A stretch of DNA of 64,000 nt, taken from Phyllobates terribilis (taxonomy: Eukaryota). Made by a program: the position numbers and the translations under genes. Of the stretch, positions 27,585-38,577 are shown one piece after another (positions within the stretch are counted from its first letter, which is position 1; each line of letters starts with the position of its first letter). Where the stretch lies: the NCBI RefSeq assembly GCF_046119375.1, contig NW_027362764.1:810216001-810280000 (forward strand), read 5' to 3'. The notes under the pieces are model-generated. The model was not told where the DNA came from. It worked only from the letters and a program-made list of their open reading frames with translations, and searched no databases.

Positions 27585-28565
27585 TAATGACTCTATATAA
27601 TAGATCCCTCTGTGTGTAATGACTATAGAATAGATCCCTCTGTGTGTAATGACTCTATAGAATAGATCCCTCTGTGTGTAATGACTATAGAATAGATCCC
27701 TCTGTGTGTAATGACTATAGAATAGATCCCTCTGCGTGTAATGACTCTATATAATAGACCCCTCTGCGTGTAATGACTCTATATAATAGACCGCTCTGCG
27801 TGTAATGACTCTATATAATAGATCCCACTGCGCGTAATGACTCTATAGAATAGATCGCTCTGCGCGTAATGACTCTATAGAATAGAACGCTCTGCGCGTA
27901 ATGACTCTATAGAATAGATCGCTCTGCGCGTAATGACTCTATAGAATAGATCGCTCTGCGCGTAATGACTCTATAGAATAGATCGCTCTGCGCGTAATGA
28001 CTCTATAGAATAGATCCCTCTGTGCGTAATGACTCTATAGAATAGATCCCTCTGCGCGTAATGACTCTATAGAATAGATCCCTCTGCGCGTAATGACTCT
28101 ATAGAATAGATCCCTCTGCGCGTAATGACTCTATAGAATAGATCCCTCTGCGCGTAATGACTCTATAGAATAGATCCCTCTGCGCGTAATGACTCTATAG
28201 AATAGATCCCTCTGCGCGTAATGACTCTATAGAATAGATCCCTCTGCGCGTAATGACTCTATAGAATAGATCCCTCTGCGCGTAATGACTATAGAATAGA
28301 TCCCTCTGCGCGTAATGACTATAGAATAGATCCCTCTGCGCGTAATGACTCTATAGAATAGATCCCTCTGCGCGTAATGACTCTATAGAATAGATCCCTC
28401 TGCGCGTAATGACTATAGAATAGATCCCTCTGCGCGGAATGGCTCTATAGAATAGATCCCTCTGCGTGGAATGGCTCTATAGAATAGATCCCTCTGCGTG
28501 GAATGGCTCTATAGAATAGATCCCTCTGCGTGGAATGGCTCTATAGAATAGATCCCTCTGCGTGG
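27585..28565. repeat. CFAP20 intron 1 array B, 32-bp unit (30-bp variant)
   Basis: Unit TAATGACTCTATAGAATAGATCCCTCTGCGCG. Confidence 0.96.
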
Positions 28566-31500
28566 AATGATGTATATAACCCCTATAGACGTGCAGTGTG
28601 GTCTCCACCGTGTAATGATGTATATGACCCCTATAGACGTGCAGTGTGGTCTCCCCCGTGTAATGATGTATATGACCCCTATAGATGTGCAGTGTGGCCT
28701 CCCCCGTGTAACGGTGTATATAACCCCTATAGACGTGCAGTGTGGTCTCCCTCTTGTAACGATGTATATGACCCCCTATAGATGTGCAGTGTGGTCTCCT
28801 CCCGTGTAATGATGTATATGACCCCTATAGATGTGCAGTGTGGTCCCCCCGTGTAATGATGTATATGACCCCTATAGATGTGCAGTGTGGTCTCCCCCGT
28901 GTAATGATGTATATGACCCCTATAGATGTACAGTGTGGTCTCCACCGCGTAATGATGTATATGACCCCTATAGATGTACAGTGTGGTCTCCCCCGCGTAA
29001 TGATGTATATGACCCCTATAGATGTGCAGTGTGGTCTCCCCCGTGTAATGATGTATATGACCCCTATAGATGTGCAGTGTGGTCTCCCCCTTGTAATGAT
29101 GTATATGACCCCTATAGATGTGGTCTCCCCCTTGTAATGATGTATATGACCCCTATAGATGTGCAGTGTGGCCTCCCCCTTCTAATGATGTATATGACCC
29201 CTATAGATGTGCAGTGTGGTCTCCCCCTTGTAATGATGTATATGACCCCTATAGATGTGCAGTGTGGTCTCCCCCTTGTAATGATGTATATGACCCCTAT
29301 AGATGTGCAGTGTGGTCTCCCCCTTGTAATGATGTATATGACCCCTGTAGATGTGCAGTGTGGTCTCCCCCGTGTAATGATGTGTATGACCCCTGTAGAT
29401 GTGCAGTGTGGTCTCCCCGTGTAATGATGTATATGACCCCTATAGATGTGCAGTGAGGTCTCCCCCGCGTAATGATGTATCTGACCCCTATAGATGTGCA
29501 GTGTGGTCTCCCCCGTGTAATGATGTATATGACCCCTATAGATGTGCAGTGAGGTCTCCCCCGCGTAATGATGTATCTGACCCCTATAGATGTGCAGTGA
29601 GGTCTCCCCCGCGTAATGATGTATCTGACCCCTATAGATGTGCAGTGAGGTCTCCCCCGCGTAATGATGTATATGACCCCTATAGATGTGCAGTGTGGTC
29701 TCCCCGTGTAATGATGTATATGACCCCTATAGATGTACAGTGTGGTCTCCCCGTGTAATGATGTATATGACCCCTATAGATGTGCAGTGTGGTCTCCCCC
29801 GCGTAATGATGTATATGACCCCTATAGATGTGCAGTGAGGTCTACCCCGTGTAATGATGTATATGACCCCTATAGATGTGCAGTGTGGTCTCCCCCGTGT
29901 AATGATGTATATGACCCCTATAGATGTGCAGTGTGCTCTCCTCCCATGTAATGATGTATATGACCCCTATAGATGTGCAGTGTGGTCTCCCCCGTGTAAT
30001 GATGTATATGACCCCTATAGATGTGCAGTGTGGCCTCCCCCGTGTAATGATGTATATGACCCCTATAGATGTGCAGTGTGGTCTCCCCCGTGTAATGATG
30101 TATATGACCCCTATAGATGTACAGTGTGGTCCCCCCCGTGTAATGATGTATATGACCCCTATAGATGTACAGTGTGGTCCCCCCCGTGTAATGATGTATA
30201 TGACTCCTATAGATGTGCAGTGTGGTCTCCCCCGCGTAATGATGTATATGACTCCTATAGATGTGCAGTGTGGTCTCCCCCGCGTAATGATGTATATGAC
30301 TCCTATAGATGTGCAGTGTGGTCCCCCCCGCGTAATGATGTATATGACTCCTATAGATGTGCAGTGTGGTCCCCCCCGCGTAATGATGTATATGACTCCT
30401 ATAGATGTGCAGTGTGGTCTCCCCCGCGTAATGATGTATATGACTCCTATAGATGTGCAGTGTGGTCTCCCCGCGTAATGATGTATATGACCCCTATAGA
30501 TGTGCAGTGTGGTCTCCCCCGCGTAATGATGTATATGACCCCTATGGATGTGCAGTGTAGTCTCCCCCGCGTAATGATGTATATGACCCCTATAGATGTT
30601 CAATGTGGTCTCCCCGTTTAATGATGTATATGACCCCTATAGATGTACAGTGTGGTCTCCCCGTGTAATGATGTATATGACCCCTATAGATGTGCAGTGT
30701 GGTCTCCCCCGCGTAATGATGTATATGACCCCTATAGATGTGCAGTGAGGTCTACCCCGTGTAATGATGTATATGACCCCTATAGATGTGCAGTGTGGTC
30801 TCCCCCGTGTAATGATGTATATGACCCCTATAGATGTGCAGTGTGCTCTCCTCCCGTGTAATGATGTATATGACCCCTATAGATGTGCAGTGTGGTCTCC
30901 CCCGTGTAATGATGTATATGACCCCTATAGATGTGCAGTGTGGCCTCCCCCGTGTAATGATGTATATGACCCCTATAGATGTGCAGTGTGGCCTCCCCCT
31001 TGTTATGATGTATATGACCCCTATAGATGTGCAGTGTGGTCTCCCCCGTGTAATGATGTATATGACCCCTATAGATGTGCAGTGTGGTCTCCCCCGTGTA
31101 ATGATGTATATGACCCCTATAGATGTGCAGTGAGGTCTCCCCCGTGTAATGATGTATATGACCCCTATAGATGTGCAGTGAGGTCTCCCCCACCTAATGA
31201 TGTATATGACCCCTATAGATGTGCAGTGTGCTCTCCTCCCGTGTAATGATGTATATGACCCCTATAGATGTGCAGTGAGGTCTCCCCCACCTAATGATGT
31301 ATATGACCCCTATAGATGTGCAGTGCGGTCTCCCCCTTGTAATGATGTATATGACCCCTATAGATGTATATGACCCCTATAGATGTGCGGTGAGGTCTCC
31401 CCCGCGTAATGATGTATATGACCCCTATAGATGTGCGGTGTGGTCTCCCCCGCGTAATGATGTATATGACCCCTATAGATGTGCGGTGTGGTCTCCCCCG

Positions 31501-33586
31501 CGTAATGATGTATATGACCCCTATAGATGTGCGGTGTGGTCTCCCCCGCGTAATGATGTATATGACCCCTATAGATGTGCGGTGTGGTCTCCCCCGCGTA
31601 ATGATGTATATGACCCCTATAGATGTGCGGTGTGGTCTCCCCCGCGTAACGATGTATATGACCCCTATAGATGTGCGGTGTGGTCTCCCCCGTGTAACGA
31701 TGTATATGACCCCTATAGATGTGCGGTGTGGTCTCCCCCGTGTAACGATGTATATGACCCCTATAGATGTACGGTGTGGTCCCCCCCGTGTAATGATGTA
31801 TATGACCCCTATAGATGTGCAGTGTGGTCTCCCCGTGTAATGATGTATATGACCCCTATAGATGTAGTGTGGTCCCCCCCGTGTAATGATGTATATGACC
31901 CCTATAGATGTGCAGTGTGGTCTCCCCCGTGTAATGATGTATATGACCCCTATAGATGTACAGTGTGGTCCCCCCCGTGTAATGATGTATATGACCCCTA
32001 TAGATGTACAGTGTGGTCCCCCCCGTGTAATGATGTATATGACCCCTATAGATGTACAGTGTGGTCCCCCCCGTGTAATGATGTATATGACTCCTATAGA
32101 TGTGCAGTGTGGTCTCCCCCGCGTAATGATGTATATGACTCCTATAGATGTGCAGTGTGGTCTCCCCCGCGTAATGATGTATATGACCCCTATAGATGTA
32201 CAGTGTGGTCCCCCCCGTGTAATGATGTATATGACCCCTATAGATGTACAGTGTGGTCTCCCCCGTGTAATGATGTATATGACTCCTATAGATGTGCAGT
32301 GTGGTCTCCCCCGCGTAATGATGTATATGACTCCTATAGATGTGCAGTGTGGTCTCCCCCGTGTAATGATGTATATGACTCCTATAGATGTGCAGTGTGG
32401 TCTCCCCCGCGTAATGATGTATATGACTCCTATAGATGTGCAGTGTGGTCTCCCCCGCGTAATGATGTATATGACTCCTATAGATGTGCAGTGTGGTCTC
32501 CCCCGCGTAATGATGTATATGACTCCTATAGATGTGCAGTGTGGTCTCCCCCGCGTAATGATGTATATGACCCCTATGGATGTGCAGTGTGGTCTCCCCC
32601 GCGTAATGATGTATATGACCCCTATGGATGTGCAATGTGGTCTCCCCGTTTAATGATGTATATGACCCCTATAGATGTGCAGTGTGGTCTCCCCCGTGTA
32701 ATGATATATATGACCCCTATAGATGTGCAGTGTGGTCTCCCCCGTGTAATGATGTATATGACCCCTATAGATGTGCAGTGTGGTCTCCCCCGTGTAATGA
32801 TGTATATGACCCCTATAGATGTGCAGTGTGGTCTCCCCCGTGTAATGATGTATATGACCCCTATGGATGTGCAGTGTGGTCTCCCCCGTGTAATGATGTA
32901 TATGACCCCTATGGATGTGCAGTGTGGTCTCCCCCGTGTAATGATGTATATGACCCCTATAGATGTGCAGTGTGGTCTCCCCGTTTAATGATGTATATGA
33001 CCCCTATAGATGTGCAGTGTGGTCTCCCCCGTGTAATGATGTATATGACCCCTATAGATGTGCAGTGTGGTCTCCCCCGTGTAATGATGTATATGACCCC
33101 TATAGATGTGCAGTGTGGTCTCCCCCGTGTAATGATGTATATGACCCCTATAGATGTGCAGTGTGGTCTCCCCCGTGTAATGATGTATATGACCCCTATG
33201 GATGTGCAGTGTGGTCTCCCCCGTGTAATGATGTATATGACCCCTATAGATGTGCAGTGTGGTCTCCCCGTTTAATGATGTATATGACCCCTATAGATGT
33301 GCAGTGTGGTCTCCCCCGTGTAATGATGTATATGACCCCTATAGATGTGCAGTGTGGTCTCCCCCGTGTAATGATGTATATGACCCCTATAGATGTGCAG
33401 TGTGGTCTCCCCCGTGTAATGATGTATATGACCCCTATAGATGTGCAGTGTGGTCTCCCCCGTGTAATGATGTATATGACCCCTATAGATGTACAGTGTG
33501 GTCCCCCCCGTGTAATGATGTATATGACCCCTATAGATGTACAGTGTGGTCCCCCCCGTGTAATGATGTATATGACCCCTATAGAT
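28566..33586. repeat. CFAP20 intron 1 array C, 48-bp unit (47-bp variant)
   Basis: Unit TAATGATGTATATGACCCCTATAGATGTGCAGTGTGGTCTCCCCCGTG; 16-aa periodicity in ORFs. Confidence 0.97.
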
Positions 33587-33674
33587 ACGCCGGCATTGCC
33601 TAGTGTCCTTTGTAGTCTTTGAGCAGAGGGTGTGTCCATGTAAGACCCTCCCCCTGACTCCGCCTCTTCTGTAG

Positions 33675-33754
33675 GTGCGGAACGGTCACATCAAGAGGAT
33701 AACGGACAACGACATCCAGTCTCTGGTGCTGGAGGTGGAGGGAACCAACGTCAG
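33675..33754 (+). CDS. CFAP20: CFAP20 exon 2, 80 nt
   Basis: ctgtag|GTG CGG AAC; encodes VRNGHIKRITDNDIQSLVLEVEGTNV(S); donor AG|GTGAGT. Confidence 0.96.
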
Positions 33755-34039
33755 GTGAGTGTCTGCAGCCTGGCGCCCAGGAGGTGCTGCTCTACACATC
33801 ACACAGATTGGGGTCTGGAGGGTCATGGGAGGAGTGGTGGGTTTTGGGGGGCTGCTACGGGTCACTGGAGGAGATCGGGAGGATTTTCAGTCCCTGGTCT
33901 CAGGCGGCCTTGTTTCTCCATCTCTTGGTTCTCTGATTTAAGGTTTCTGAGGTTCTCCAGTTTGGGGGTGTCCGTGTGTCCTGATGCCAGGGTGTACCCC
34001 AGATGTTGTATATGATAAGCTCCAATCTTCCTTTTTTAG

Positions 34040-34151
34040 CACCACATACATAACGTGCCCGGCAGACCCCAAGAAAACCCTGGGCATCAAGCTGCCCTTC
34101 CTGGTCATGATCATCAAGAACCTCAAGAAATATTTCACCTTTGAAGTGCAG
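34040..34151 (+). CDS. CFAP20: CFAP20 exon 3, 112 nt
   Basis: ttttttag|C ACC ACA; encodes [37 protein letters not shown]; donor CAG|GTGAGC. Confidence 0.97.
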
Positions 34152-34283
34152 GTGAGCCGCCAGTGTACTGTCCGTGCTGACGTGGGGCGACATGTTATGT
34201 GGAGCTGTCTCCGCCCACCTCAGGGTGACAGTTGGGGGTGCTGCGGCCCCTGCAGGGTATTATGGCTGTCTTGTCTTATGCAG

Positions 34284-34472
34284 GTGCTGGATGATAAGAA
34301 CGTGCGGCGGAGGTTTCGTGCTAGTAACTACCAGAGCACCACGCGGGTGAAGCCGTTCATCTGCACCATGCCCATGAGACTAGACGACGGCTGGAACCAG
34401 ATTCAGTTTAACCTCTCAGACTTCACCCGCAGGGCGTACGGCACAAATTATATCGAGACCCTCAGAGTACAG
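34284..34472 (+). CDS. CFAP20: CFAP20 exon 4, 189 nt
   Basis: atgcag|GTG CTG GAT; encodes [63 protein letters not shown]; donor CAG|GTTCGA. Confidence 0.97.
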
Positions 34473-34592
34473 GTTCGATTCTGATCCTCTCCCCCTATTC
34501 TCCACCTTGCATCTGGTCACCCCAGTGGCCCACGCCCGACCGCCCCTTCTGATGACACCCTACCTCAGGGACACTTTTTCTTCTTGTTTTAG

Positions 34593-34703
34593 ATTCATGC
34601 AAACTGCAGAATTCGACGAGTTTATTTCTCAGATCGTCTGTATTCTGAAGATGAACTGCCTGCAGAGTTCAAGCTGTACCTACCCGTACAGAACAAGGCG
34701 AAA
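34593..34703 (+). CDS. CFAP20: CFAP20 exon 5, 111 nt
   Basis: gttttag|ATT CAT GCA; encodes [37 protein letters not shown]; donor AAA|GTAAGT. Confidence 0.97.
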
Positions 34704-34861
34704 GTAAGTGCACCCAGACTCGTATTTCTGCCCCTCTCTCACCCATCCGGCCTCTTCCTTGCAGCCACTCTCCCGCGTGCCTGGCCCTGCCCTCCTCCCC
34801 AGCCTTGCTTTCCCCACCCCAATCCCTCATTTGCACCGATCGTCCTTCTCTGGTCTTGCAG

Positions 34862-34867
34862 CAGTGA
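34862..34867 (+). CDS. CFAP20: CFAP20 terminal exon coding part (CAG TGA, Gln-stop), nearest copy; 19 further equivalent copies lie downstream, the last at 37037-37042
   Basis: ccttctctggtcttgcag|CAGTGA gives the expected ...NKAKQ* end and a 582-nt CDS (193 aa). Which copy is used cannot be determined from DNA. Confidence 0.65.
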   Translation, partial: Q

Positions 34868-34878
34868 TTGGTGCCGGC

Positions 34879-35169
34879 TAGTGTTGAGCGAGTATGTTCT
34901 ATTAACCCTTTCGGAGAGTATGCTCGGGCCGAGCTCTGACTACTTACAGCTGCTCGGTGATATGGTTGAATCACTCCCGTGTGCATGATTTGCAACTGTT
35001 TGACAGCTTTATTACATGTGAAGAATGTCTATTTCTTACACATTCCTCACATGTAATAAAGCTGTCAGACAGTTGCAAATCATGCACACGGGAGCGATTT
35101 AACCTTATCAGCGAGCAGCTGTAAATACTCGGAACTCAGCCCGAGACAGAACATACTCACTCAACACTA
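34879..35169. mobile_element. Non-autonomous hAT-type MITE, 291 bp, near-palindromic, with an 8-bp target-site duplication
   Basis: Termini TAGTGTTGAGCGAGTATGTTCT ... AGAACATACTCACTCAACACTA (21/22 inverted match); long inner inverted repeat; flanked by GTGCCGGC at 34871-34878 and 35170-35177. An 8-bp TSD with TAG/CAG termini is characteristic of hAT elements. Confidence 0.85.
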
Positions 35170-35177
35170 GTGCCGGC

Positions 35178-37060
35178 TCTTCCCCCGCAGGCCCCTCCGC
35201 CCCAGCCTTGCTTTCCCCACTCCTCACTCCCCTCCTTTGCCCTGATCGTCCTTCTCGTAGCAGTGATTGGCGCCGGCTCTTCCTCCGCCCCAGCCTTGCT
35301 TTCCCCACCCCTCACTCCCCTCCTTTGCCCTGATCGTCCTCTTGCCTTGCAGCAGAGATTGGCGCCGTCTCTTCCTCCGCAGGCCCCTCCGCCTTGCTTT
35401 CCCCACCCCTCACTCCCCTCCTTTGCACTGATCTTCCTTCTCTTGTCTTGCAGCAGTGATTGGCGCTGGCTCTTCCATGGCGGGGCCCCTCCGCCTTGCT
35501 TTCCCCACCCCTCACTCCCCTCCTTTGCACTGATCTTCCTTCTCGTGTTGCAGCAGTGATTGGCGCTTGCTTTCCCCACCCCTCACTCCCCTCCTTTGCA
35601 CTGATCTTCCTTCTCTTGTGTTGCAGCAGTGATTGGCGCTGGCTCTTCCTCCGCATGCCCCTCTGCCTTGCTTTCCCCACCCCTCACTCCCCTCCTTTGC
35701 ACTGATCTTCCTTCTCTTGTCTTGCAGCAGTGATTGGCGCTGGCTCTTCCTCCGCGGGGCCCCTCCGCCTTGCTTTCCCCACCCCTCACTCCCCTCCTTT
35801 GCACTGATCTTCCTTCTCTTGTCTTGCAGCAGTGATTGGCGCTGGCTCTTCCTCCGCGGGGCCCCTCCGCCTTGCTTTCCCCACCCCTCACTCCCCTCCT
35901 TTGCACTGATCTTCCTTCTCTTGTGTTGCAGCAGTGATTGGCGCTGGCTCTTCCTCCGCAGGCCCCTCCGCCTTGCTTTCCCCACCCCTCACTCCCCTCC
36001 TTTGCACTGATCTTCCTTCTCTTGTCTTGCAGCAGTGATTGGCGCTGGCTCTTCCTCCGCCTTGCTTTCCCCACCCCTCACTCCCCTCCTTTGCACTGAT
36101 TTTCCTTCTCTTGTGTTGCAGCAGTGATTGGCGCTGGCTCTTCCTCCGCATGCCCCTCTGCCTTGCTTTCCCCACCCCTCACTCCCCTCCTTTGCACTGA
36201 TCTTCCTTCTCTTGTCTTGCAGCAGTGATTGGCGCTGGCTCTTCCTCCGCGGGGCCCCTCCGCCTTGCTTTCCCCACCCCTCACTCCCCTCCTTTGCACT
36301 GATCTTCCTTCTCTTGTCTTGCAGCAGTGATTGGCGCTGGCTCTTCCTCCGCCTTGCTTTCCCCACCCCTCACTCCCCTCCTTTGCACTGATCTTCCTTC
36401 TCTTGTCTTGCAGCAGTGATTGGCGCCGGCTCTTCCTCCGCCTTGCTTTCCCCACCCCTCACTCCCCTCCTTTGCACTGATCTTCCTTCTCTTGTCTTGC
36501 AGCAGTGATTGGCGCCGGCTCTTCCTCCGCCTTGCTTTTCCCACCCCTCACTCCCCTCCTTTGCACTGATCTTCCTTCTCTTGTCTTGCAGCAGTGATTG
36601 GCGCTGGCTCTTCCTCCGCCTTGCTTTCCCCACCCCTCACTCCCCTCCTTTGCACTGATCTTCCTTCTCTTGTCTTGCAGCAGTGATTGGCGCCGGCTCT
36701 TCCTCCGCCTTGCTTTCCCCACCCCTCACTCCCCTCCTTTGCACTGATCTTCCTTCTCTTGTCTTGCAGCAGTGATTGGCGCCGGCTCTTCCTCCGCCTT
36801 GCTTTTCCCACCCCTCACTCCCCTCCTTTGCACTGATCTTCCTTCTCTTGTCTTGCAGCAGTGATTGGCGCTGGCTCTTCCTCCGCCTTGCTTTCCCCAC
36901 CCCTCACTCCCCTCCTTTGCACTGATCTTCCTTCTCTTGTCTTGCAGCAGTGATTGGCGCCGGCTCTTCCTCCGCCTTGCTTTCCCCACCCCTCACTCCC
37001 CTCCTTTGCACTGATCTTCCTTCTCTTGTCTTGCAGCAGTGATTGGCACCGGCTCTTCTT
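35178..37060 (+). repeat. About 89-102-bp tandem array (20 copies) built from the CFAP20 intron 5 3' end and terminal exon start
   Basis: Unit GCCTTGCTTTCCCCACCCCTCACTCCCCTCCTTTGCACTGATCTTCCTTCTCTTGTCTTGCAGCAGTGATTGGCGCTGGCTCTTCCTCC aligns to 34800-34878. Confidence 0.95.
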
Positions 37061-37166
37061 CTCCCAGGATTTAGTGTTTTCTACGTTGAGCAGTTCCCAC
37101 TTTTCATCGACTTCTAAATTATGAAACGTTTTGGGCTGAGAGACTCAGAATCGCAGATGTTTTTGT

Positions 37167-37172
37167 AATAAA
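37167..37172 (+). terminator. Candidate CFAP20 polyadenylation signal AATAAA
   Basis: First AATAAA after the repeat array, followed by T/GT-rich sequence. Confidence 0.55.
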
Positions 37173-37420
37173 TTTGATCTTGCCGCTTCATGTGTCTCGT
37201 TCTCACGTGGGAGGGAAGGGTCGCCCTGTGCTGTGCAGAGAGGGTCACACTTCCACGACGATTCGAGTCTAGCAGTGAATGCTGGGATATGTGCTGGCTC
37301 ATTGGGACCCCCGTACACCCATTTCCCCAGTCTCTGCAGCCAAACAGCAGAGTTCACAATAATCACTCCTGTGCGGAGGTCTCTGAGGACGGACCACCTC
37401 CGTTTGGTGTAGATCAGGAG

Positions 37421-37426
37421 TTTATT
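37421..37426 (-). terminator. Candidate DGAT1 polyadenylation signal (AATAAA on - strand)
   Basis: TTTATT on + strand, about 780 nt past the DGAT1 stop; an alternative ATTAAA lies at 37597-37602. Confidence 0.45.
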
Positions 37427-38200
37427 TTCTATCACCGCGTTTTAGCGTCTGTATAACAAACGTCACTCTGCATTGAACCACGTAGTGATCTATGTCCAGG
37501 GGGCACCGGCCGCGGCCCGAGCTCGGAGTGCCCGGGATTTTCACAGGAGACAAACGATGGATAAATGAATCTCACCAGAGGATGAAAACCAACAACTTTA
37601 ATTTCACCATTTGCAAAACTTGATTCACTTTAATCTGGTGAAGCCGAAGCTTCTCCCAAGGCCAGAAGACACTTGGCCAGACACACCCTTGAAAACCGGC
37701 CGCAGCGCTGTCGTCACCTCTGCGCCATCCACCAGGTCATCAACTTGCAGAGACATCCATAGAGGGTCACCACCGTAGGGACCCTGCATCATGACAGACA
37801 GGCACATGTCAGTCACCCACCCGAGACGCAGCAGAGGTGATGCAGCACGATAGTGCACATCTCTCCGACCATCAGATTGTACCGTACAGCATACAAACAA
37901 GTGCAAAATCAAGGAGCGAGTAAGGAGAACGGGCAGGGACTGCGCCCCATAAAGCAATGACGATGGGGAGGGACGGATTATTGCCTCACATGGGAAGGAA
38001 CAACGGACAGGAAACTATAGAGGTTGTGGACGGATTTTCTAGGATGAGCAGCAAAATGTAGGATGAAAGGAGCTCGGACAGAGGAACTAGTGGGACGAGG
38101 AGGCGTCTTTTCTTCATTAATTACCAGCGGATCGATATAGTACTGATCAGAGTGAAGATGCCGGGAGCTCCAGTCCATGGCTCCATCATCTCAATGACTG

Positions 38201-38347
38201 TCACGCTCCAATTCCATAGTTTAAAATGTAGTAGTCGTGTACATACATGAGAACCGCTACAGGCTGCCCTATGATCAGCGAGATCCACACCGCTGCGTTG
38301 CCATAATTCCCTCGGAGAAACCGACCTACAAACCAGGCCAAAGGGAT
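38201..38347 (-). CDS. DGAT1: DGAT1 exon 17 (last coding exon), 147 nt
   Basis: ttttcggcag|[48 protein letters not shown]; typical DGAT1 C-terminus. Confidence 0.96.
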   Translation of the reverse strand: MPLAWFVGRFLRGNYGNAAVWISLIIGQPVAVLMYVHDYYILNYGIGA

Positions 38348-38417
38348 CTGCCGAAAAGAAGGCGAGCTCAGAGCTAGAGATGACAGCGGAGAACAGGGCA
38401 AGACGACTCATACAAAC

Positions 38418-38480
38418 CTGCGACATCATCCCCATGAACGCCCAGAGACGGAACATCTTCAGAGGCACGCTGACCAGGTA
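38418..38480 (-). CDS. DGAT1: DGAT1 exon 16, 63 nt
   Basis: Encodes YLVSVPLKMFRLWAFMGMMSQ; AG/GT flanks. Confidence 0.95.
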
Positions 38481-38577
38481 CTGAGAGAAGAAAGACGAGA
38501 TCCAAATCAGGAGATCAGTGAGGAGGACCAGGATCGCCATATACCAGAGCATGAGAAGCTGCCACCAGAGCCGAAAT

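Noticed and set aside
25478-27619. 713-aa ORF starting with the CFAP20 N-terminus
   Set aside because: Only the first 28 codons are exon 1; the rest is read-through into the intronic 31-bp array.
28530-33639. Cys/Tyr/Pro-rich repeat ORFs (keratin-associated or metallothionein-like)
   Set aside because: These are translations of the 48-bp array inside CFAP20 intron 1.
37068-37080. Alternative CFAP20 last-exon acceptor ttctcccag|GATTTAG
   Set aside because: It would replace the conserved terminal Gln-stop, and 21 better-matching acceptors precede it.
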